The notes under the pieces were generated by a model. It saw nothing but the letters and a program-made list of their open reading frames with translations. It had not been told where the DNA came from and ran no database searches. A stretch of 64,000 nucleotides of DNA, from positions 15,810,001-15,874,000 of the forward strand of contig OZ024762.1 in assembly GCA_964016885.1 (NCBI GenBank), in the 5' to 3' direction. Source of the stretch: Eledone cirrhosa (lineage: Eukaryota). The stretch's first letter is position 1. The number at the start of each line of letters is the position of its first letter. Below are positions 45,438 to 58,505 of this stretch, in pieces. Both the position numbers and the translations under genes were made by a program.

Positions 45438-45498
45438 TTTCATTTACCAGTGGTTTCTTGAAAGCAAACAAATTTTGCTTTCAATCATCAGAATGAAA
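45438..45498 (-). ncRNA. Type-I hammerhead ribozyme (ACCACUGGU family)
   Basis: Nearly identical to 23363-23423; intact CUGAUGA/GAAA/GUA. Confidence 0.85.
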
Positions 45499-45579
45499 AA
45501 ATCCTGGTTAATTACGTAACTATTAAGCTCTGTAACCTACATAGAGCACTCTTTTTTCCTGGACCTTTCCGACGGAATT

Positions 45580-45621
<42 letters not shown>

Positions 45622-45753
45622 GTATATATATATATATATATATATATAATGTATATATACACACATAAGTATACATACATGTGTATATATATATATATAT
45701 ATGCATACATATACCTGTATAAATATGTATATATATATATATATATGTATATG

Positions 45754-45823
<70 letters not shown>

Positions 45824-45837
45824 TATATACACATATA

Positions 45838-47144
45838 CAGGGTGCGGACGATATTTGTTCGCAAGATTACTGTCTAGTAAAAAAATAACACAGTAGTTTT
45901 ATTTTTTAAGATTTATTTATCAAACTTGGGTCAGTTTATCTTCATGACTTGTTCTTTCGATCTCACTCGATAAACCTGCCATTGGCTTTGATGACGGTCT
46001 CAAGGCGGCCTTGGAACCGGCAACAGACCTTCGTCACTGTCCCCCGACTTAGGCCCCTAAAGGCACTTGTGATCCTGGCCTTCAGACCGTTTTTCGTATT
46101 GCAGCTAGATCTGTTGGTGTCTCGTTCCACTGCGCCCCACACAAAGAAGTCGAGGGGGTTGCAGTCAGGCGAGCTGGGAGGCCAGATGTCAGGTGAAGTG
46201 TGATCGACAAAGTTCTCTGACAGCCAGGCTTGGGTCTTTCGGCTGGTATGGCAGGGCGCTGAGTCTTGCTGCCACATGTACGGCCTGCCTGCAGCTACCT
46301 GGTCGATCCAGGGCTTTACTACCTCGCTCAGAACGTGGATGTAGCCATCGGTGTTCAGCTTGAGGCCCTCAAGGAAGAAGTGAGGTGGCATGACGTCACC
46401 TTGACTGCTGACGACACCTAAGACCAATGTTGTCACTGGAAACTTTGTCTGCATGACTCTGGGCACATCTTTGGATGAGACAGCGAGCCACCTGTTGTTC
46501 TGGGAGTTGATCTTCTGGTCTTGGCAGAAGTTTTTCTCATCGGAGAAAAACCACAGCATGTCTGGCTCCAGTGGGTTTTTCAACTTGTTGATCAGCTTCC
46601 TTGCGTGCTTCAGTCGCTTTTCTTGCATCGCCTTTGACAGAAATTGTCCTTTCCTCATCTTGTATGAAACGTAGCGAATGTCTTCATGTACCACCAGCCT
46701 AATGAGCTTTTCATCCACGCCTTTCTCCCTTTCAATGGCACGCATCGACTTGCTAGGTTCATTGTTGATGATATCCTGAACTTCAGCGACGAACTCGGGC
46801 GTTCTGAAGGCGTCAGATCGTCGATCATGTGTTTTCCTCTCTGATGTTGCTTCGTAGTCGAATCCTCAATCTTCCAATTCTTCTCTGACCTTTTCCACCA
46901 TTCTCCTGCTGACGCTGAGAAAGTCTGAAATTTCCTTATTTGTCCTCCTGGCGCGGATTCCAAGAAGAACTCCGTGTCTCTTCCACAAATTTGGAGGTTC
47001 AAAATTATTCATAATGAATTATTCTGAAAATAAATAATGGAAATATAGTCACTGTTTTTATGAAGACAAGAGTGACAACAAAAGTAAAAAAATTTACATA
47101 AAATTAGCAGTTGAAAATTGCGAACAAATATCGTCCACACCCTG
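45838..47144 (-). mobile_element. Full-length Tc1/mariner DNA transposon, DD37D (maT-like)
   Basis: 27-bp TIRs cagggtgcggacgatatttgttcgcaa (45838-45864) and ttgcgaacaaatatcgtccacaccctg (47118-47144), 1 mismatch. TA on both sides. Confidence 0.95.
45963..47012 (-). pseudogene. Tc1/mariner transposase, 349 codons with one in-frame TGA
   Basis: ATG at 47012 ([14 protein letters not shown]...) is in frame with the 260-aa ORF. Single TGA at 46866-46868. Motifs WFFSDEK, WQQDSAPCH, WPPSSPDCNPLDF, with 37 residues between the 2nd and 3rd D. Confidence 0.9.
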
Positions 47145-47159
47145 TATATATATGTATAA

Positions 47160-47191
<32 letters not shown>

Positions 47192-47194
47192 ATG

Positions 47195-47267
<73 letters not shown>

Positions 47268-47345
47268 AAATATGTATATATATATATGTATATATATATA
47301 TACACACTTACATAAGTATACATACATGTGTATATATATATATTT

Positions 47346-47406
<61 letters not shown>

Positions 47407-47669
47407 GAAGATGATGATGATATACATGTATATGTATATATATATATATATATACATATATATACATGTATAAATATATATATATATACATGTATATGTA
47501 TAAATATGTATATATATATATATGTATATATATGTGTGTATATGTATATATATGTGTGTGTATGTATATATATATATATATATATATACATATACATGTA
47601 TATATATATATTTCTACATGTATATATATGAATATATATATATATGTATATACATATTTATACATATGC

Positions 47670-47703
<34 letters not shown>

Positions 47704-47749
47704 GTATATATATGTATATATATATATATATATAAGACTGGTACTTTTG

Positions 47750-47797
<48 letters not shown>

Positions 47798-47845
47798 GTA
47801 TACATATATATGTATGTATATATATATATTTATATATACATATAT

Positions 47846-47899
<54 letters not shown>

Positions 47900-47915
47900 A
47901 TATATGTATATATAA

Positions 47916-47957
<42 letters not shown>

Positions 47958-47973
47958 ATATATGTATATATAA

Positions 47974-48033
<60 letters not shown>

Positions 48034-48285
48034 AACATAAGCACCAGTCTTGTTTAATTCAGAAATTATTGGTAAAAACATAAAAAAGATTAGCTTTTAG
48101 GATAATTAGACAACAATAACAACAACAGTAATATCGACGACAACAACAACAACAATAACAGTAACAACAACAACAACACCATATATGGTAAAAATATGTC
48201 TAATTGTAAAGTCTTTCGGAATTACGATCGTTTAGATATTAAAACTTAATTAATCATGTTCGTTAAGTTTTATATTGTTTATTGT

Positions 48286-49860
48286 CATCATCATCATCAT
48301 CATCAAAGCCATCATCATTGTCATCACTATCATTATCATCATCATCATCATCATAATTATAGCCACCACCACCACCACCACCACCAGCACCACCAACACC
48401 ACTACCACCACCATCACCACCACCACCACCACAACCACCACCACCACCATCACCACTACCACCACCATCACCATCATCACCACCATTACCACCACCACTA
48501 CCACCACCACCACCATCACCACCACCAACACCACTACCACCACCACCACCAACACCACCACCACTACCACCACCACCACCATCACCACCACCATAACCAC
48601 CACCACCACCACTACCACCACCACCAACACCATCACCATCATCACCACCATTACCACCACCACTACCACCACCACCACCATCACCACCACCAACACCACC
48701 ACCACCACCATCACCACCACCAACACCACTACCACCACCACCACCACCACCAACACCACTACCACCACCACCACCACCACCACCACCAACACCATCACCA
48801 TCATCACCACCATTACCACCACCACTACCACCACCACCACCATCACCACCACCAACACCACCACCACCACCATCACCACCACCAACACCACTACCACCAC
48901 CACCACCACCACCAACACCACTACCACCACCACCATCATCACCACCATTACCACCACCACTACCACCACCACCACCATCACCACCACCAACACCACCACC
49001 ACCACCATCACCACCACCAACACCACTACCAACACCACCACCACCACCAACACCACTACCACCACCACCACCACCACCAACACCATCACCACTACCATCA
49101 CCATCATCACCACCATTACCACCACCACCACCACCACCACCACCACCAACACCACTACCACCACCACCAATACCACCACCATCACCACCAACACCACCAC
49201 CACTACCACCACCACCACCATCATCATCACCACCATCACCACCATCATCATCATCACTGTAGCTGTTGTAAGCCTGATTCTACAAATTGGTTTTCTCATT
49301 ATTTCATGCCATTCCTAATGGAAATTTCTGGAAGCCATTCTTTAATTTAATGTCATTCATCACCCCTCCTCTTCTTCTTCTTCTTCTTCTTCTTCTTCTT
49401 CTTCTTCTTCTTCTTCTTCTTCTTCTTCTCCTCCTCCTCCTCCTCCTCCTCCTCTTCTTCTTCTTCTTCTTCTTCTTCTTCTTCTTCTTCTTCTTCTTCT
49501 TCTTCTTCTCATCCTCCTCCTCTTCTTCTTCGTCTTCTTCTTCTTCTTCTTCTTCTTATCCTCTTCCTCCTCTTCCTCTTCTTCTCCTTCTCCTCCTCTT
49601 CTTCTTCTTCTACCTCTCATCCTCTTCCTCCTCTTCTTCTTCTCCTTCTCCTTCTCCTTCTCCACCTCCTCTTCCTCTTCTTCTTCCTCTCATCCTCCTC
49701 CTCTTCTTCTTCTTCTCCTTCTCCTTCTCCTCCTCTTCTTCTTCTTCTTCCTCTCATCCTCTTCCTCCTCTTCCTCCTCTTCTTCTTCTTCTCCCCCTCC
49801 TCCACCTCTTCTTCTTCTTCTTCTTCTTCTTCTTCTTCTTCTTCTTCTTCTTCTTCTCCT
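48286..49860. repeat. Compound (CAC/CAT)n and (CTT/CCT)n trinucleotide microsatellite block
   Basis: Representative of many such blocks, e.g. 8140-9400, 9630-9960, 31200-31770, 39755-40740 and 58440-60200. Confidence 0.95.
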
Positions 49861-50031
49861 TCTTCTCACAAACATACATATGAGGTCCGAAGATGTGTGT
49901 GTATTTGTATGAATATATATCATCATCATCATCATCATCATCATCATCGTTTAACGTCCGTGTTCCACGCTTGCATGGGTTTGGACGGGGGTTTTCCCAC
50001 TTGAGGCAAGAGTGATTGTCTTGCTCGCATA

Positions 50032-50488
50032 GGACTGTCTGGCAGGTTTTCTACAGTTGGATGCCCTTCCTAACACCAACCACATTTACAGTGTGGGGCT
50101 GGGAGGTTTTTACCGTGTTGCCTACACGGTCACATTACAGCGTGGACTGTCTGGCGGGTTTTCTACAGCTGGATGCCCTTCCTAACACCAACCACATTTA
50201 CAGTGTGGGGCTGGGAGGTTTTTACCGTGTTGCCTACACGGTCACATTACAGCGTGGACTGTCTGGCGGGTTTTCTACAGTTGGATGCCCTTCCTAACAC
50301 CAACCACATTTACAGTGTGGGTCTGGGAGGTTTTTACCGTGTTGCCTACACGGCCACATTACAGCGTGGACTGTCTGGCGGGTTTTCTACAGCTGGATGC
50401 CCTTCCTAACACCAACCACATTTACAGTGTGGGTCTGGGAGGTTTTTACCGTGTTGCCTACACGGCCACATTTACAGCGTGGACTGTG
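50032..50488. repeat. 112-bp tandem repeat x4 derived from a SINE/RTE-tail segment
   Basis: Contains ttctacagctggatgcccttcctaacaccaac, the reverse complement of the family-B SINE tail at 42143-42173. Confidence 0.85.
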
Positions 50489-50830
50489 TGTTTTTTGTCG
50501 TGACACCTACACGATCTCATTTGTTTCGGCCTGGATGTTGTGGCACCAACATAACTTTACATTGAAAGGGGCGGTGTGGATGGGGTGGAGGTGGTGGGAC
50601 GGGGGTGTGTTTTGATAGAGATGCCTACTGACTGTAGTAGGTTTTTACTTTGTATTTAGGTAAGGCGGGTCTTCTCTATTACTGAGTACCGCCAAAGGTC
50701 TCGGTCCAGTGACATATATATATATATATATATATATAAGCAGGGAAAAGCGGACGTAAAATGATGATGATGATGATATATAAATATAAGATTGGAGGCC
50801 ATATTCAGTTAGTTCAGATTTATCTAAAAC

Positions 50831-50890
50831 TCCATTATACATATTTCACTGAGGACTATCAGTTATGATAGCCTGAGCTCTTCAGACGGA
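50831..50890 (-). ncRNA. Type-I hammerhead ribozyme
   Basis: uccgu-CUGAAGA-gcucaggcuauca(uaac)ugauaguccucagu-GAAA-uaugua-UA-augga. Confidence 0.75.
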
Positions 50891-50900
50891 AAAACCTAAA

Positions 50901-50958
<58 letters not shown>

Positions 50959-51961
50959 CGATCGACTTTCGTCAAATCGGACCAAGGAAACAATGTTTCC
51001 ATTGGTCTTTCCAATTGCTGATACTATCTATCGGTCGCAACTCCAGGTAGAAGGAGCAATGTGAAATAAAGTGCCTTGCTCAAGGACATAACGCATCACC
51101 CGATCCGGGAATCGAACTCATAACCTCACGATTGTGAACCCAATTCGCTAACCAACTCAGCCATACGCCTTCACATATATATATATATATATATATAAAA
51201 AAAACATGAGAAGAAAGAAGAATACTGCGTGGTTTGCACATGGGTTACATATGATAAAAATAGTCCTTCGTCAGTGATTTTCCAACCATCATTGGTATTT
51301 CATCGCATTAAAAATCAGATACCTCAGGTTGGTGCGAACAATAATCTAAAAAAAGTTATTGGGACCAGTAATCGCGTAAAGCGAGGGGGACAAGTGAACA
51401 ACATAGAAGGACAGAGCGGAACAAGTAAACATTAAACAATCTTTTAAATAAATTAAAATACGATTTCAAATATTTACCTCTTTTAGTGCAATGACCGACG
51501 GTTTCGCTAATCAAAAGATTGGAAATTCAGAGAATTTCCAATGGAAAGATATAGCTCTTGAGATAGCTTTTCCAAACCTACTAGATATAAATCCACGTAG
51601 ATGTGGATGTGTCGCTTTCTGCCCGGTGAATGAATCAAGCCGTTAAAATGACCACCATGTGGTTAGAAAAAGCTACCTCACTTACCGCTTTTCACAGGCG
51701 CCGCTAGATCCCATTGCTGGTTTCTCCTCTTACACGTGCATACGATCCAACTCGTTAAAACTGGGAGCTGCAAAACTCGCGTCCACCACGTTCCTGATCA
51801 CCGCTAGAGAGAGGCCGACCTGCTGGCCCTTCCAGTCGAGCACCCTTCCGACCAAGCACTCTTCCGGTCGAGCACTCCCCAGCTTCCAGCCACCGCACAC
51901 CAGACCATACCCACACACCACACAAATGGGCCGTTAGAAAAAGCGGGAATAATAGACTCGT

Positions 51962-52012
<51 letters not shown>

Positions 52013-52016
<4 letters not shown>

Positions 52017-52275
52017 AGAAGTTTATAAAACGGAAATGCGGGTATAAAGAATTTATTAGGTAACAATTGTTTCTATAGTGTATGGGTTACCTATACCTCG
52101 CTATTTGAATAATATAAAAATATTATCATAAATCGTAGGTACACTGTACCTACGATTTATGATAATATTTTTATATTATTCAAATAGCGAGGTATAGGTA
52201 ACCCATACACTATAGAAACAATTGTTACCTAATAAATTCTTTATACCCGCATTTCCGTTTCATAAACTTCTTCTC
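52013..52275. repeat. Near-perfect 263-bp palindrome
   Basis: 131-bp arms centred on 52144 (gtaca-c-tgtac); one mismatch seen. Confidence 0.95.
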
Positions 52276-52503
52276 CATATTTTCTCCGGATTTTAAAACA
52301 CACTTTATTATACGTTGAGCAATCTCCGACGTTGGTTGACTCCATCCAATGCGACTACTTAGTAACATTGGAATACAAATTTACTAATTATATATATATT
52401 GGTAAATGGAAAAGAAAATACTGACAAATTGTTCACAGTGAAAAATAGTTTAATTAGGAATAAGTGAGAATTAGTAATAGTATTGGTTAGTATTCAGTTT
52501 TGG

Positions 52504-52555
<52 letters not shown>

Positions 52556-52840
52556 CTGAGTTAATAAATATGTGTGTATGTGTATCATATATTGATGTGT
52601 AATATTCCTCTCATACAGTGACCTTGTAACAAATAAGACACCCCCACCTTGTCAAAAACCACAAAGTCAGGTCTATTGTGTTCTAATTCTTTTATTTATC
52701 TGTATCCTGAGATACCACAACACCTTCCCCTGATTGTTTTCTATTATCGACTCTGGTTTATACTCATACCATTTTTCAGTGTGTATAAATGTCACTGAAT
52801 CACCTTTCCTATGATATTAAAATTATTATTATTATTATCA

Positions 52841-53025
52841 TTGGCAGAATCAGTAGAGGGTTGGACGCCATGCTTTAACGCATAAAGTTATGGCCCTTGC
52901 CATTCTGAGTTCAAATCCCGCCGAGGTTAACTTTTCCTTTCATCCTTACAGGGTCGATAAAATAAAGTACCAGTGATACACTGGGATAATTGCTGACCTT
53001 GTGCCAAAAGTAGAAGCAATTATTA
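52841..53025 (+). mobile_element. Family-A SINE
   Basis: Matches the representative copy. Further copies at about 9505-9620(-), 54555-54675(+), 56671-57087(-, two), 57354-57535(+), 63140-63250(-) and 63552-63767(+). Confidence 0.85.
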
Positions 53026-53365
53026 TCATTCTCTTCAGCGGTGCCCTGATTAACTTTTCCAAATTTCATTTGAAAAGGAAAAACAGGGTGGAGAGAGAGA
53101 AGTGCTCTCTTCCCAGCAATTTGTTGAAAGATAGGTGAGAGATGCGAGCGTGAATGGACCTGCTCTGAGTATGCGTCTATAGATGGGAGGTGGAAAACTG
53201 GGAGAGGGCACTTGCCCTGGTGGCCAGGGTGACCGTGGCTTTTATGAGCTTTCCCCACCCTTATTGTGGATTTTTTCTTTGTTTCAATTTTTTGTTACAT
53301 CTTTTGTTTTTGGTTTCTTTTTTTTTACACACTGAAACCCACATTTGTACCGTCCTGTGCTGTCC

Positions 53366-53559
53366 TTAACCCCTTAGCATTTAAACTGGCCATATCCGGC
53401 TAGAATTTTCTCACCTATTTCTGATCAAACTGGTTGTAAACAGTCACCCATACTCATATTGAGTATCAAAATCGTGTGGATTTGATATTGTGTGAGGTAA
53501 AGCCTTTACTGTGAAAATACAATAGTATATATAGAGTAATGTAAATGGTAAAGGGTTAA
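53366..53559. mobile_element. Same piggyBac-type MITE family, unexpanded copy in opposite orientation
   Basis: ttaa-ccccttagcattta ... taaatggtaaaggg-ttaa; a single copy of the 72-bp unit sequence. Confidence 0.75.
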
Positions 53560-53709
53560 TGTATTTTTTGTAAACCCTTTTTTAATGAGCTTTCTCAATG
53601 AATGTTTCTCGGAAATCTCCCCCCTATTGGAGAATTTTTCATTGTTTCTTTTTTTTTGTTACATCCTCTGTTTCTGTTTTTGTTTTTTTTACATGCAGAA
53701 ATGCTCATT

Positions 53710-54487
53710 TGTACCGTCCTGTATTGTCCTGTACTGTCCTGTATTGTCCTGTTCTGTCCTGTATTGTCCTGTCTGTTCTGTATTGTCCTGTCTGTTCTGT
53801 ATTGTCCTGTACTGTCCTGTACTGTCCTGTATTGTCCTGTATTGTCCTGTCTGTTCTGTATTGTCCTGTACTGTCCTGTATTGTCCTGTATTGTGCTGTA
53901 CTGTCCTGTATTGTCCTGTACTGTCCTGTATTGTCCTGTATTGTGCTGTACTGTCCTGTACTGTCCTGTACTGTCCTGTATTGTCCTGTACTGTCCTGTA
54001 TTGTCCTGTACTGTCCTGTATTGTCCTGTACTGTCCTGTATTGTGCTGTACTGTCCTGTACTGTCCTGTACTGTCCTGTATTGTCCTGTATTGTCCTGTA
54101 TTGTCCTGTCTGTTCTGTATTGTCCTGTACTGTCCTGTATTGTCCTGTATTGTGCTGTACTGTCCTGTACTGTCCTATATTGTCCAGTATTGTCCTGTAC
54201 TGTCCTGTATTGTCCTGTATTGTCCTGTATTGTCCTGTACTGTCCTGTATTGTCCTGTATTGTCCTGTATTGTCCTGTATTGTCCTGTATTGTCCTGTAC
54301 TGTCCTGTACTGTCCTGTACTGTCCTGTATTGTCCTGTATTGTCCTGTATTGTCCTGTACTGTCCTGTACTGTCCTGTACTGTCCTGTATTGTCCTGTAT
54401 TGTCCTGTACTGTCCTGTATTGTCCTGTACTGTCCTGTATTGTCCTGTATTGTCCTGTATTGTCCTGTACTGTCCTGTATTGTCCTT
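53710..54487. repeat. 10-bp minisatellite gta(t/c)tgtcct, about 77 copies
   Basis: Direct reading; explains the Cys/Val/Leu ORFs at this position. Confidence 0.97.
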
Positions 54488-54753
54488 AATGTTATACTTT
54501 GTGTAAACCCTTGTGGTTAATAAAGAAAGCATTATTGTTATCATTATTATTTGCGGTCTGAGTTCAAATCCCACCGAGGTTAACTTTGCCTTTCATCCTT
54601 ACAAGGTCGATAAAATAAAGTACCAGTAATGCACTGGGTGATTGCTGGCCTTGTGCCAAAAGTAGAAACAATTATTATTATTATTATTATTATCATTTCC
54701 TAAAAGTATTAATTAGGTCTTTTTTTTCTCTTTTTTTTTTGGTTATTTTGCAG

Positions 54754-55883
54754 AAACAAGTCTTGAGAAGTTGAAAGATGCTGCAATGGATCGGTTGAGT
54801 CCCTCACTAGAAGACAACAGTGGCGTCCTGGGTAACGGTGAAGAACTGGAAGACGAGGATAACGGGAAGATGGGTGATGTGGCAGAGGGAGCAGTAGAAG
54901 AGGAGGAGGAGGAGGAGGAGGAACGAGAAGAAGCAGAGGCAACAGAGGGGGGAGTGGGGGGAGAAACGATGGAAGTAGGAGGGGGAGAGGGAGAAAGAGA
55001 AAAAGAAGATGAAGAAGAAGGAGGAGCGGGAGAAGTAACAGAAGAAGAGAGGGAAGAGGAAGACGAAGAGGAGGGTAGAAGAGGAGGAGGAGGAGGAGAG
55101 GAGATGAAGGAGGAGGAAGAGGAGAGCATAGAAATGGGTGACAGGCAGATGCACGAAGCTAGCAGTCCAAAACTGGTAGTTGTCTCCCCCTTGGAGAGCA
55201 ACAACAACAACAAAAGCACCACCAACAACAACAGCAATAACAACACCACCACCACCAACAACAGCAGCAATAACAACAACAACGCCAAGAGCAGCAACAC
55301 CAACAACAGCAATAACAACACCAACAACAACAGCAGCAACAACAACAACAGCAGCAGCAATAACAACAACAGCAACGCCAAGAACAACAACAACACCAAC
55401 AACAACAGCAGCAATAACAACAGCAACGCCAAGAACAACAACAGTAATAAGATTAGCAGTGGTATAAAGATGAGTTTTTCAAATCAGGTCCACGAGAGGT
55501 TTCAGATGGGGAATAAGAAAATCAACATCAAACAGCCGTTGTCTTTACCTGATCCACATAAACTGTACTTAAAACAGCCCCTGCTACAGCAACAGCAACA
55601 TCAGAAGCAGCAGCAGCAGCAGCATCAACATCAGCAGCAGCTGCTGTCGAAGTATCACAAATCGCGAGAGATGCCAAACTACCCGAAGGGCGTCCCTCCG
55701 GGCACTAAAAGTGGTGGCGGGCGTGTTACAGCTCCTTCGGCACGTGGCGTCGGTAGGGGGACAGGTGGCGCCACCACTGGAGGTGGCATGGGATGTGGTC
55801 GTGGTCGTGGCATAACACTAAACATGTTGATGAAAGATGGAGTGATAGAGTCTGGCGGAGGTTGTCTTTCCTTGGAATATTTG
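54754..55883 (+). CDS. MPND: MPN domain-containing protein (MPND), large coding exon: acidic, Asn-rich and Gln-rich N-terminus plus start of RAMA domain
   Basis: Polypyrimidine tract and ttttgcag acceptor at 54753. Candidate ATG at 54786, but the frame is open to the acceptor, so an upstream exon is possible. Ends ...GITLNMLMKDGVIESGGGCLSLEYL|gtaagg (phase 0), resembling the MPND RAMA start as I recall it from human (VTLRVLLKDALLEPGAGVLSIYYL). Confidence 0.88.
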
Positions 55884-56033
55884 GTAAGGAAAACAGATTT
55901 TTTTATTTTATTCTTTTATTGATTTCAGCAGAATCGATGGATCTTTGTATTCTGAATTCTAGAAGAGCTATAAGACTTAACCTTTAGCATGCTGAATGTT
56001 TTTATGAATTGCGTCCCTTGGCATTGCATTATA

Positions 56034-56220
56034 GTGGATTGGCAGTATCGGTAGAGGGTCGGACGCCATGCTTTCCAGCATAGTTACGTCCCTTTACGAT
56101 CTGAGTTCAAATCCCGCCGAGGTTGACTTTGCCTTTCATCCTTACGGGGGTCGATAGAATAAAGTACCAGTAATGCACTGGGTAATTGCTGGCCTTGTGC
56201 CTAAAGTAGAAACAATTATT
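56034..56220 (+). mobile_element. tRNA-derived SINE, family A (Nin/Deu-like central domain), representative full copy
   Basis: A-box-like tggcagtatcggt, B-box gagttcaaatccc, central gcctttcatccttacggggtcgataaaataaagtaccag, tail ggccttgtgcctaaagtagaaacaatt(att)n. Confidence 0.85.
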
Positions 56221-57888
56221 CATTAAGGGGAAATGACTCTATCAACGACATAAGGCACCTACAGTGCTGAGAAGGTTAATCTGTCATCACCAACACCACC
56301 ACCACCACCTGGTCTTCACGTGGTTTTAGATACAAAGGCTGGCTTAAAAGTTCATAGGCTGACTATGAAGGAAGTCAACTTTTCCTTTCATCCTTTTGAG
56401 GTCAATAAAAAAAGTACCAGTCCAGTACTGGGGTCAATTCTTCCTCTATATCTTTTTCTCACTTTCATTCCCTCTCTCTGTCTCTATCCTTCTCTGGAAG
56501 ATATCTACTATACTCAGGCCTGGAGAGGAGATGGCTTCTGCCAGGTTTTTAAAAGATGCCCTAGAAACACCATACATCAAAATAGTGCCCCTATGGCTCC
56601 CTCAGAAGTTGTGGGATCATACATATTGATATATATATATGTGTGTGTGTAGTGTTGTTGGCCCTTATGTAATAATTGTTTCTACTTTAGGCACAAGGCC
56701 AGCAATCACCCAGTGCATTACTGGTACTTTTATTTTATCGACCCCGTAAGGATGAAAGGCAAAGTCAACCTCGGCGGGATTTGAACTCAGATCGTAAAGG
56801 GACGTAACTATGCTGGAAAGCATGGTCCGGCCCTCTAGTAATAATGGTTTCTTATATAGGCACAAGGCCAGCAATTGGGGGGGGGTCGATTAAATTGACC
56901 CCAGTACGTGACTGGTACTTTATGTTATCGACCCCAGTATGTGACTGGTACTTTATGTTATCGACCCCCATAAGGGTGAAAAGCAAAGATAACGTCGGTG
57001 GGATTTGAACATAGATCATAAAGGGCCGTAACTCCGTGCTGCAAAGCATGGCGCCTGAGCCTCTACCGATTCTGTCAATCCACCGCCATTGATGGTAGGT
57101 TTTAGGAAGGATATCCAGCAAGCAGAGACCGAGCCAAATATGGAACATATGAGCAAGATGGGGGTCTCCCATACCATCGTGGAAAATGGATATAACATGA
57201 TGGTGATGTATGTGTATGTGTGTCTATGTTTGTGTGTGAGTGTATGTGTATGTATGTATGTATGTGTGATTGTGTGTGTATTTATTTATATTTCAACATG
57301 AAGTTATGCAACCTTACAATTTGACAAAATACCAACATTATCGACATCATTAGTTGGCAGTATTGGTAGAGGGCTGGACGCCATGCTTTCCAGCATAGAG
57401 TTGCGGCCCTTTACAGTCTGAGTTCAAATCCCGCCGAGGTTAACTTTGCCTTTCATCCTTACGGGGGTCGATAAAATAAAGTACAAGTAATGTACTGGGT
57501 TATTGCTGGCCTTGTGCCTAAAGTAGAAACAATTATATATATATATATATCCATATATATCTGTACTGTATATATATGTATGTGTGTATATATATATATA
57601 TGTATATATGTATATATATATGTATATATGTATAAGTATCTATATATGTGTATCTATATATATATATATATATATTTATATGTATATATATATATTTATA
57701 TGTATATATATATATTTATATGTATATATATATATATTTATATGTATATATATATATATTTATATGTATATATATATATTTATATGTGTATATATATATA
57801 TATTTATATGTATATGTATATGTATATATATATATGTATATGCACATATATATATTTATATGTATATGTATATATATATATGTATATG

Positions 57889-57919
<31 letters not shown>

Positions 57920-58097
57920 GTATATATATGTGTGTGTGTGTATATATATATTTGTGTGTGTGTGTATATATATATGTGTGTATATATATATATATGTGTG
58001 TGTATATATATATATGTGTGTGTATATATATATATATATATGTGTATATATATATATGTGTGTGTGTGTATGTATATATATATGTATGTGTGTATAA

Positions 58098-58141
<44 letters not shown>

Positions 58142-58181
58142 ATATATATATATATATATGTGTATATATATATGTGTGTGT

Positions 58182-58212
<31 letters not shown>

Positions 58213-58438
58213 GGTGTATATATATATATGTGTGTGTGTGTATATATATATATATGTATGTGTGTATATATATATATATTTGTGTGTATATATATATCTG
58301 TACTGTATGTGTTTGTGTAGAAGAATAATAGAATGTATTGCTGTTTTGAAAGATGACAACAGATCTAGAAATCATAGCTTTTACTGTCATGTTAAGGGGT
58401 TATCAGAGATGGCTTAGAATAAGTACTTGACAAGGAGG

Positions 58439-58505
<67 letters not shown>

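Noticed and set aside
53585-54574. Cys-rich ~300-aa ORFs
   Set aside because: Product of a stop-free 10-bp tandem repeat open in several frames.
56034-56120. tRNA gene
   Set aside because: A/B boxes belong to a multicopy SINE head; no complete cloverleaf.
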